Position numbers and translations under genes: made by a program
Part shown: in pieces, positions 1 through 7,965 of the stretch
Layout of the letters: each line of letters opens with the position of its first letter
Position numbering within the stretch: the stretch's first letter is position 1
Notes under the pieces: generated by a model
Database searches by the model: none
The model's input: only the letters and a program-made list of their open reading frames with translations
What the model was told of the DNA's origin: nothing
Assembly (NCBI GenBank): GCA_038279365.1
Contig: JAYODI010000004.1
Span: 92,649-138,739 of the forward strand
Length of the DNA stretch: 46,091 nucleotides
Direction of reading: 5' to 3'
Origin: Candidatus Latescibacterota bacterium
GTDB lineage: Bacteria; Latescibacterota; UBA2968

Positions 1-162
1 ACAAAACTGTTCGATTTGTCAGGCGATATTGACACGGCTGGCGGATTGGTGTTGCGCGCAGATCTAAATTTATCGCATGGCCAAGTCATGCGTCTCTACG
101 ATTTAATCCGTGGGGCAGGCATTAAGAAAATAGCTATTGCCACTTCAGAACCAGCCCCTTAA
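1..162 (+). CDS. exbD: ExbD/TolR family biopolymer transport protein, C-terminal fragment (5' truncated by window)
   Basis: Frame 1 reads ...GLVLRADLNLSHGQVMRLYDLIRGAGIKKIAIATSEPAP* (TAA 160-162), matching the ExbD/TolR pattern VxxRADxxxxxGxVxxxxDxxxxAGxxKI. Not in the ORF track. Confidence 0.85.
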   Translation, partial: TKLFDLSGDIDTAGGLVLRADLNLSHGQVMRLYDLIRGAGIKKIAIATSEPAP

Positions 163-175
163 AGGACAGATTTGT

Positions 176-808
176 GTGCCTCATCAAGCAGGTGGAACAT
201 TCCAAGGCTCGTCATCGTCAAAGCTCCGTGATGCAGATGATATTCGCATTGTGGCCCAGGTCATCAACGGGCATGTTGAAGCCTTTTCTGCGTTGGTTCT
301 TCACTATCAAGATCGGGTATTTCAGACCATTTATTCAATGGTTGGCGATAGGGACGAGGCCGATGATCTTGCCCAAGATGTTTTTGTAAAGGCTTTGCGG
401 TCTTTGCACTTGTTTCGTGGGCAATCTCGGTTTTATACGTGGCTTTATCGGATTGCTGTTAACCGCTGTTTGGACCACATTAAGTCGCGGCAACTGCGGG
501 TGTTTGTTCGAGAAAATGATGGTGAGGTAGATGTTGCTGTATTAGAGGCCCAGATATCTGTGGGAAAGGCAACTGACCAAGAAGTCTCCCAAAATGAAAT
601 ACAAGCCATATTGGAAAATGCTTTATTAAATATTCCCGAAGAATATCGCATTGCGTTTGTTTTAAGAGAAATAGATGGTTTAACCTACGAAGAAATTTCA
701 GAAGTGCTCGATTGTTCTGTGGGCACGGTAAAGTCGCGTTTGTTTCGGGCGCGGAGTCGTTTGCAGGTGCTGTTGCGTTCATTTTATCAGACTTGGTCCG
801 AAGGATAA
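176..808 (+). CDS. rpoE: ECF RNA polymerase sigma factor, RpoE/sigma-24-like
   Basis: Region 2 DLAQDVFVKA...FRGQSRFYTWLYRIAVN and region 4 LREIDGLTYEEISEVLDCSVGTVKSRLFRAR. Start placed at GTG 176 after AAGGA; ORF track starts at 137. Confidence 0.92.
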   Translation: MPHQAGGTFQGSSSSKLRDADDIRIVAQVINGHVEAFSALVLHYQDRVFQTIYSMVGDRDEADDLAQDVFVKALRSLHLFRGQSRFYTWLYRIAVNRCLDHIKSRQLRVFVRENDGEVDVAVLEAQISVGKATDQEVSQNEIQAILENALLNIPEEYRIAFVLREIDGLTYEEISEVLDCSVGTVKSRLFRARSRLQVLLRSFYQTWSEG

Positions 809-813
809 AATAT

Positions 814-1299
814 ATGGGTCGAAAATTTAATGCGGATTTGGATGGTGAGTTGTTGTCTGCTTATTTGGACAATGCTTTAAGCCCAAAACAAAAAAAAGAA
901 ATGGATATGCTTTTGGCAGAATCGGCAGAGGCACGTACTTACTTGCAAGGCTTGAAGTGCGTGCAAAAAGCTTTTCAAAATTGGTCACCCGCCGAGCCAG
1001 ATGCTTTTTTCTTGCGACGTATTGAAGCCCGCATTGCCGCTGATGGTCTCACGCACGATATCAAAGAATCTTGGAGTATGAGGTTGCAAAAATGTGCCGT
1101 GGCTGCCTTGATCTTGCTTTCGGTGGGCGGAATGTTTTGGGTGTCTCATTTGCGACAAAATCACACGGTTCAAGCCGATCTGGAAACCTTTTTGAGTGGT
1201 TCTCTGGATCAAGATGTGAAACAAGTGGTTGCCGTGAAAGAATCGGATGTTTCCAAAGAAATGATTTGGGATTTGATATTGACAGATAATGTAAGGTAG
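814..1299 (+). CDS. Single-pass membrane anti-sigma factor
   Basis: Directly follows the sigma gene. N-terminal ELLSAYLDNALS anti-sigma domain, one TM helix (CAVAALILLSVGGMFWV), short periplasmic tail. ATG at 814. Confidence 0.85.
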   Translation: MGRKFNADLDGELLSAYLDNALSPKQKKEMDMLLAESAEARTYLQGLKCVQKAFQNWSPAEPDAFFLRRIEARIAADGLTHDIKESWSMRLQKCAVAALILLSVGGMFWVSHLRQNHTVQADLETFLSGSLDQDVKQVVAVKESDVSKEMIWDLILTDNVR

Positions 1300-1311
1300 A
1301 GAAAGTGCCGT

Positions 1312-1704
1312 ATGTTTATTAAACGTTTATATTTTTTTAGTTTATTGATGCTTTGTTTCTTGTTTGGTGCGGTATCTGCCACGGTATATGACGCATTGAC
1401 ATCAAAAGAAGTGCGCCGATCTCGCCGTGTGCGCACGTCGGATGTGGTAAAGCAAATTGATATGACCGAGGCACAAAGAAAACAGTTAAACAGTGTGCTT
1501 GAAGAGAGCCGTCAGCGCATGATTGACTTGAATCGTTCGATGCGTCCAGAACTGTCTAAAATTCGGCAAGAATCTCGCGATAAAATTAGGCAAATATTGA
1601 CACCAGAACAAAGATTGCAATTTGATGTGTTGATGGCACTGCAAGACAGTTCGCGATCTGTTAAAGCAGATAGTGGGCAAACGCAATCCAAAACAAAAAA
1701 ATGA
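1312..1704 (+). CDS. Periplasmic Spy/CpxP-like helical protein
   Basis: N-terminal hydrophobic segment; MTEAQRKQL and ILTPEQR (LTxxQ) motifs; third gene of an ECF/anti-sigma cluster. Confidence 0.75.
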   Translation: MFIKRLYFFSLLMLCFLFGAVSATVYDALTSKEVRRSRRVRTSDVVKQIDMTEAQRKQLNSVLEESRQRMIDLNRSMRPELSKIRQESRDKIRQILTPEQRLQFDVLMALQDSSRSVKADSGQTQSKTKK

Positions 1705-1822
1705 GCGCAGAAATTTGGCGCAGAAGAATAATTCTTTGCATCTAAGTGGTGAAGGATTATTTTATTTTGTCAGGTAAGTGAGTGATTATTTACTTTCTTT
1801 TAGGTGTTTAAAGGGAGGACAG

Positions 1823-3178
1823 ATGGTTCGGTGTTATTTGCGATTTTTATTTTTAGGACTTTTTGTCGGATTTGTCGCCTGTGGCGAATCTGAAGAAGCC
1901 GCTTCACAAGCTGGTGGTGGGCGTGGTGGTGGGCGTCAGTCTGCGGCAGCATCACCCGTGAAGGTTGAAGCCGTGGTAAGAGGCGATATCTCACAATACA
2001 TATTGAAGAATACAACATTAGAAGCCGAGCGATGGGTAGATGTTCGGTCACGTACAACTGGCCAAGTGGTTGCCATATTAAAAGAAGAAGGCGATCCTGT
2101 ACAGGTGGGCAATGTGATTGCTCGTTTGGATGCAGATGCGGCACGCATTGGTGTGTCACAGCGAGAAGTTGCATTTCGGGAAGCCCAGCAACGTTATGAG
2201 CGAGAAGAAGCCCTTTTTCAAAGAAATTTGGGTAGTAAAGAAGGTTATGAAAATGCAAAAACACAACTTGAAGCCGCCAAAGCGCTTTTGGAACAAGCTC
2301 AGTTGAGTTTGAGTTATACCACAATTACATCACCCATTGAAGGGATAATGACGTTGCGCAATATTGAAGTGGGCAATGTGGTCACCAATAACCAAGTGGT
2401 GGGTGCCGTTGCCAAATTTGATCCCTTATTGGCGCGTATTCAGGTGACCGAAAAAGACTTTGGGAAAATTGTTGTTGGACAAAGTGCGCGCATAACCGTT
2501 GAGGCATTTCCCAAGCGCCCTTTTATGGGTGTTGTTAAAATGGTAAGTCCTGTGGTTGACCCAGAAAGTGGTACGGTCAAAGTTACTGTAGAAGTGCCCC
2601 GACCTAAAGATGGGTTGTTGCGCCCAGGTATGTTTGCGTCTGTTTATATCATTACAGAAACCCGTGCCAAGACATTGATGATACCGAAAAAAGCTTTGGT
2701 GCTTGAAGGTGCTGGCAATCAGGTTTTTGTTTATGAGGCCAATGAAGAATCGGGCATGGGAAAAGCACAGAGAAAAACGGTTGAAATAGGATTTACAGAT
2801 AGTGATAATTTGGAAGTCGTATCGGGGTTGTCAGAGGGTGATTTGGTGATTACGGTTGGGCAAGAAGGGTTGCGCCCAGGAGCGACGGTGAGATTGGTAG
2901 GGCAAACAGCACCCGTTGTGGCTCGTCAAGGTGGTGATAGGCCTCAAGGTCGTTCTGGACAACAAGGGGGAGGGGCAATGTCCGGTGATGGGGCGGATCG
3001 CAACCAACGCATTATAGCCATGATTCAGCGCACGCCCGAAGCCAAAAAAGAATACGATACACGTTTGCAAAAAGACCCCGATCTGGCCAAGAACCCAGAA
3101 AAACTGCGTGCTTTTGTGTCTGAAATGCGTGAAAAAGGCATTATACAGATGCGTGGTCGGCAGGGGCAGGGTAACTAA
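1823..3178 (+). CDS. RND efflux periplasmic adaptor (membrane fusion lipoprotein)
   Basis: GGGAGG RBS before ATG 1823; lipobox-like FVAC; V(R)SRTTGQV...EGDPVQVG, ITSPIEG, SPVVDPESGTVKV, LRPGMFA. Confidence 0.93.
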   Translation: MVRCYLRFLFLGLFVGFVACGESEEAASQAGGGRGGGRQSAAASPVKVEAVVRGDISQYILKNTTLEAERWVDVRSRTTGQVVAILKEEGDPVQVGNVIARLDADAARIGVSQREVAFREAQQRYEREEALFQRNLGSKEGYENAKTQLEAAKALLEQAQLSLSYTTITSPIEGIMTLRNIEVGNVVTNNQVVGAVAKFDPLLARIQVTEKDFGKIVVGQSARITVEAFPKRPFMGVVKMVSPVVDPESGTVKVTVEVPRPKDGLLRPGMFASVYIITETRAKTLMIPKKALVLEGAGNQVFVYEANEESGMGKAQRKTVEIGFTDSDNLEVVSGLSEGDLVITVGQEGLRPGATVRLVGQTAPVVARQGGDRPQGRSGQQGGGAMSGDGADRNQRIIAMIQRTPEAKKEYDTRLQKDPDLAKNPEKLRAFVSEMREKGIIQMRGRQGQGN

Positions 3179-3183
3179 GTCAT

Positions 3184-6100
3184 ATGAAACTGATCAATTT
3201 TTCAACTCGTCGGCGTGTGACTGTAACCATGTTTGTGGTGGCTGCTGTCATTTTTGGTATGGTGGCGTTTAACCGTTTGGCCATTAACCTCCTGCCAGAT
3301 ATCACCTATCCTGCCTTAACTGTGCGCACCGAATATGAAGGCACTGCGCCTTCAGAAATGGAACGCCTGATCACGGAGCCAATTGAAGGGTCTGTGGGGG
3401 TGGTGAACAATGTGATTCGGGTCAGTTCTATTTCTCGGGCAGGTATTTCTGATGTGGTTGTCGAATTTGCTTGGGGTACCGATATGGATTTCGCGTCGCT
3501 GGATGTGCGCGAAAAATTAGACCGTGTTCGGTTGCCACAAGGTGCAGATAAGCCCGTATTGTTGCGCTTCGATCCTTCACTTGATCCCATTATGCGCATT
3601 GGTCTTTACGGTGAAGAAAGTTTGATTGCATTGCGTTTGTTGGCTGAAGAAGAAATTAAGCCCGAGCTTGAAAGTTTAGAGGGTGTTGCGGCGGTTCGCA
3701 TAAATGGCGGTTTGGAAGAAGAGATTCAAATTGAAATAGATCAGCCTAAGTTGGCAGCCTTGCGCATTCCTTTGGCTCAAGTTGTAAATCGGTTGGCTCA
3801 AGAAAATGTAAACCTCACCGGTGGGCAATTAAAAGATGGTGAGGCCGAATATTTGGTACGGACGCTTAATGAGTTTCAGTCGATTGAAGAAATTAAAGAT
3901 ATTGTGGTGGGCCAACGACAAGGAACCGTTATTACCCTTGACGATGTGGCCCGTGTGGTTCGCGGGAACAAAGAGCGTAAAATTATCACGCGTATTAACG
4001 GGCAAGAGAGCGTTGAACTTGCTTTGTATAAAGAAGGTGATGCCAATACGGTAACTGTTGCCCGCGTTGTTAAGGAAGCCGTTCGTAATTTTCAAGAAAA
4101 ATCGGGCGAATTGTTGGGCAATTCGCGGATGGAAATTGTGGCCGATCAATCGGTGTTTATTGAAGAGTCCGTTCAGGAAGTACTCAATACAGCAATTCTG
4201 GGTGGTTTTTTGGCTGTTGTGGTGCTCTATCTGTTTTTACAAAGCCCTAAAAGCACCTCAATTATTAGTATTTCAATTCCAATTTCTGTGGTTGCGACCT
4301 TTTTCTTGATGTATGTCTTTGATGTGAGCCTCAACATTATGTCTTTGGGTGGGTTGGCGTTGGGGATTGGGATGTTGGTCGATAACTCCATTGTGGTTTT
4401 GGAAAATGTACAGCGTTATCGCGATGAAGGCATGCCTGCGCGCGAAGCCACTGTAAAAGGGGGCGGCGAGGTGGCACAAGCGGTGGTGGCATCTACCATG
4501 ACCACCATTTGTGTGTTTGTGCCAATTGTTTTTGTAGAAGGCATTGCAGGGCAACTGTTTCGCGATCAGGCACTGACGGTGACTTTTTCTTTGGTGGCTT
4601 CTTTGTTGGTTGCACTTACGGTCATTCCAATGTTGGCTTCTTTGCAGTTTAGCTGGATGGAAGAATTTGCCGATGTGGAAAAACGACGCCAAGAATTGGG
4701 GCGAAGCAGTTCTGAAGGAACGGCGAAAGTGCTTGCCAAACTTGGCCAATTGTCCACAAAAATTGGGCATTTCATTTTGGCGTGTTTGGGGCCACTCTTT
4801 TGGGCTTTTGATCAAGTTGTGGGGCGTGCATATGGCATCTACCCTGGCATTATTCGGTGGGCTTTGAGGCATCGGGCTGTTGTGCTTGTTGGTGCTGTGG
4901 TTCTGTTGGTGGGGTCTTTGTCTTTTGGTAAATATTTGGGCAGTGAGTTGATTCCAGAAATGAGCCAAGGGCAATTTTCTATTAATGTTGAAATGCCATT
5001 GGGTTCGCCTTTGATTGCAACCATCCAAACTGTACAGGCCATTGAAAACATCGTTCGAGAACAACCTGCTGTAAGGGTGGTTTACAGTATGGTTGGAACT
5101 GGAGGTGCTACGGGCGGGAATGCAGGTGAAGAACGCGAAAATGTGGGAGTTGTAAATGTTGTTTTGCACGAAGGATTTATTCGAGAACGTGAAACGGCAG
5201 TTATGGAAGCATTGCGCCTTGCTATTCAAGAAATTCCCGCAGTCGACTTTAAATTTGCGCGTCCATCTTTGTTTTCGTCAAAAACGCCAGTTGAAGTAGA
5301 AATTGGGGGGTATAATCTGCAAACATTGCAAATGTTGGCAGGGGATATGACCGGACGAATGATGAAGATTCCTGGGCTTGCTGATGTTAAAACAACAGCC
5401 GAAGGTGGAACGCCCGAAGTTCAAATTCGGTTTGATCGAAAGCGGGTGGCTCAAATGGGAACAACCATAAATGCCATTGGTGATATCATTCGCAATCAGG
5501 TTCAGGGTGAAGTGGCAACACAACTGACACGCGGGGATCGCCGTGTAGATATTCGGGTGCGTTCGGACGAAGAATATCGCAGCACGGTTGACGATTTAAA
5601 ACGATTGATTATTAGCCCTGCCAATGCGGCAAGCCCTGTGCCATTGTCTGTTGTTGCAGATTTAAGTGTGGAGATGGGACCTGCTGAAATTCGGCGCATA
5701 GACCAAGAGCGCGTGGCCCTTATTTCTGCCAACCTTGAAGGACGCGATTTGAGTGATGTGGTGACAGATATAGAGCGAGAAATTGATCAAATTCGATTGC
5801 CCGCGGAATTTACCATGAAGGTTGGTGGGCAAAATGAAGAACGAAAGCGCTCGTTTGAAAGTATGATGCTTGCCATTGGGTTGGCTATATTTTTGGTTTA
5901 TTTGGTTATGGCATCTCAGTTTGAGTCTTTGATTCATCCATTTGTCATTATGTTTGCCATTCCATTTGCGCTTGTAGGGGTGGTTGGTGTGTTGCTGGCA
6001 ACGGGTCAGGCGGTAAGTGTGGTTGTGCTTATTGGTTTGATTATGTTGGCGGGTATTGTGGTAAACAATGCCATTGTTTTAATTGATTATATCAATATGT

Positions 6101-6456
6101 TAAGACGCGACCAAGGTATGGACAAAATGACGGCCATTGAAGAGGCTGGCAAGGTAAGATTGCGACCTATTTTAATGACCACGTCAACAACCGTTTTGGG
6201 GCTGTTGCCAATGGCTTTGGGGATTTTTGATTTTCAACCCTTTATCGCCAGTTCTGATGCCTTTTTAAGTGGTGTTTTACCAGCAGATTTGGCTGGCGGG
6301 ATTATGGTGTTGTTGAAAATGTTTTTCCCTGTTGGGCAAGGAGCAGAAATTCGAGCCCCAATGGCCATTACTGTTATTGGTGGATTGGTGATTTCTACAT
6401 TGGTTACTTTGGTTTTAATTCCTACCATTTATTCATTGGCAGATCGAAAAGCTTAA
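3184..6456 (+). CDS. RND efflux permease (AcrB/MdtB-like)
   Basis: 1090 aa with GMLVDNSIVVLEN, GIVVNNAIVLID and RLRPILMT motifs; two large periplasmic domains. Confidence 0.96.
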   Translation: MKLINFSTRRRVTVTMFVVAAVIFGMVAFNRLAINLLPDITYPALTVRTEYEGTAPSEMERLITEPIEGSVGVVNNVIRVSSISRAGISDVVVEFAWGTDMDFASLDVREKLDRVRLPQGADKPVLLRFDPSLDPIMRIGLYGEESLIALRLLAEEEIKPELESLEGVAAVRINGGLEEEIQIEIDQPKLAALRIPLAQVVNRLAQENVNLTGGQLKDGEAEYLVRTLNEFQSIEEIKDIVVGQRQGTVITLDDVARVVRGNKERKIITRINGQESVELALYKEGDANTVTVARVVKEAVRNFQEKSGELLGNSRMEIVADQSVFIEESVQEVLNTAILGGFLAVVVLYLFLQSPKSTSIISISIPISVVATFFLMYVFDVSLNIMSLGGLALGIGMLVDNSIVVLENVQRYRDEGMPAREATVKGGGEVAQAVVASTMTTICVFVPIVFVEGIAGQLFRDQALTVTFSLVASLLVALTVIPMLASLQFSWMEEFADVEKRRQELGRSSSEGTAKVLAKLGQLSTKIGHFILACLGPLFWAFDQVVGRAYGIYPGIIRWALRHRAVVLVGAVVLLVGSLSFGKYLGSELIPEMSQGQFSINVEMPLGSPLIATIQTVQAIENIVREQPAVRVVYSMVGTGGATGGNAGEERENVGVVNVVLHEGFIRERETAVMEALRLAIQEIPAVDFKFARPSLFSSKTPVEVEIGGYNLQTLQMLAGDMTGRMMKIPGLADVKTTAEGGTPEVQIRFDRKRVAQMGTTINAIGDIIRNQVQGEVATQLTRGDRRVDIRVRSDEEYRSTVDDLKRLIISPANAASPVPLSVVADLSVEMGPAEIRRIDQERVALISANLEGRDLSDVVTDIEREIDQIRLPAEFTMKVGGQNEERKRSFESMMLAIGLAIFLVYLVMASQFESLIHPFVIMFAIPFALVGVVGVLLATGQAVSVVVLIGLIMLAGIVVNNAIVLIDYINMLRRDQGMDKMTAIEEAGKVRLRPILMTTSTTVLGLLPMALGIFDFQPFIASSDAFLSGVLPADLAGGIMVLLKMFFPVGQGAEIRAPMAITVIGGLVISTLVTLVLIPTIYSLADRKA

Positions 6457-6457
6457 T

Positions 6458-7276
6458 ATGGAAGAATCGGTTTCAGATATTGCCATTCGAGAACGGTTGG
6501 CACAATATTCTTTGTCAGAATTAGAAGATGTGCTTGCCCATGTCGATCGAGATACCTATCCCGACAGAGAACGCCTGGTGACTCAAGAAATTGAATCGCG
6601 GTTGGCATCTGTTCAGATGGACTCATTTGGTTCAGATACGAATATAGAAAACAGGTCGCCCAGCATTTTGCGGCGTTTGGGGGCTGGCCTTGTCGATTTC
6701 TCTATTCAAGTTTTGATTCCTTATATCGTGCTCTATTTTATTGTAAAGGTTATTTATACGCCTTTGTCCGAAAATAAACTGATTCAATATTTGTTTCCTC
6801 CTGATACACCTGCTATGGGTGGAGGCAGAGGGGGGGGCAGGGGGCGTGGAAGCAATGATATTTGGTCCGATGTTTCGGCGAATTGGGAGTCTTTTTATGG
6901 TTTTGTGACGGGCCTGGTTTCTTTGCAGCCTGAAGCGATATCAACCCTTAAGGTTGTTGGTGAATATTTTTTGGTTTATTTGTTGTTTCGGATGTTTTGG
7001 ACGTGTTGGGGGCTTAGCAAATCGGGTGCAACTTCTGGTATGAAGGAGGTTGGGATTGAATTGAGGCGGGCTGATGGGGAAGGTTTAACAAGCTTAAAAG
7101 TATTGAGTCGATTTGTATTACAACACATTTTGTTTATTCTCACATTGGGCCTGAGTGGTTTGTGGGCGTTGTGGGACAAAGAGAAATGCGCTTTGCATGA
7201 TCGGTTATTGGGTATGCGTTTGGTTCGGGTATTGCGGTCTTGGGAGAAGTCGGATCAGGAACGCAAATTTGATTAG
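6458..7276 (+). CDS. RDD family membrane protein
   Basis: RRLGAGLVD, GATSGMKEVGI, LWD...ALHDRLLG RDD motifs; 1 nt after the permease stop. Confidence 0.8.
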   Translation: MEESVSDIAIRERLAQYSLSELEDVLAHVDRDTYPDRERLVTQEIESRLASVQMDSFGSDTNIENRSPSILRRLGAGLVDFSIQVLIPYIVLYFIVKVIYTPLSENKLIQYLFPPDTPAMGGGRGGGRGRGSNDIWSDVSANWESFYGFVTGLVSLQPEAISTLKVVGEYFLVYLLFRMFWTCWGLSKSGATSGMKEVGIELRRADGEGLTSLKVLSRFVLQHILFILTLGLSGLWALWDKEKCALHDRLLGMRLVRVLRSWEKSDQERKFD

Positions 7277-7481
7277 AAGGTTGCTTTTTTTGAGAGCTTT
7301 TATTATACTCAAGAAACCTCGTTGTTTCCCTACGATATTTGTCCCTGCCGCAGGTTTGGAACACACCCAAATTGAATTTAACTCTTCCCTAAATACATTA
7401 TTTTTCTAATTTCTTGCGAAACTTTTGAGCATGTGTGTTCGTCTAACCTCACGAATTGTACATGTCAAAGGAGTATGGTTT

Positions 7482-7910
7482 ATGCAGAAGCAAATTTGCA
7501 GTTTCGTGCTTGCTGTGGCATTGTTGTTGACGTGTTTTGCGCCCAATGCAGAAGCAGGTTCGGTTTTTACCACGCGACGAACGTTTGGTGTTTTGTTTTT
7601 AAGTGGCAGTGTGTTGATGGCTAAAAAAGCAATCGATTTCAAACGCGATGCGGATGATATTTATGATGCTTACAAACTTGCTCGAAATGCCCAAGCGGCT
7701 AATGACTTGTTTGAGCGCGCCAGTGATCGAGACACCAAAAGTCAAATGAGTATCGGTCTTTCGGCTGTTTTATTGGTAAGTGGTTTGCGTTTGCTCATTC
7801 ACAGTGGCATTGATAATAATATTCCCAAAATTGACCGACGCATTAATATTGATGTGTCAAGTGACATCCACCAAAAAAAGGTGGGATTGGCCTTAAAAAG
7901 ACAGTTTTAA
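7482..7910 (+). CDS. Exported hypothetical protein (two hydrophobic helices, C-terminal beta-strand ending in Phe)
   Basis: AAGGAG RBS, signal peptide ending AEA, C-terminus VGLALKRQF. Confidence 0.7.
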   Translation: MQKQICSFVLAVALLLTCFAPNAEAGSVFTTRRTFGVLFLSGSVLMAKKAIDFKRDADDIYDAYKLARNAQAANDLFERASDRDTKSQMSIGLSAVLLVSGLRLLIHSGIDNNIPKIDRRINIDVSSDIHQKKVGLALKRQF

Positions 7911-7965
7911 CGGGGCTGGATAACAACAGAAAGTATTGTTGCCCCGTGGGGGCGAGGAGAACGTT

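Noticed and set aside
4273-5229. 318-aa antisense ORF within the RND permease (and the many other short overlapping ORFs in the track)
   Set aside because: Shadow frames of well-supported genes, with no recognisable motifs or RBS.
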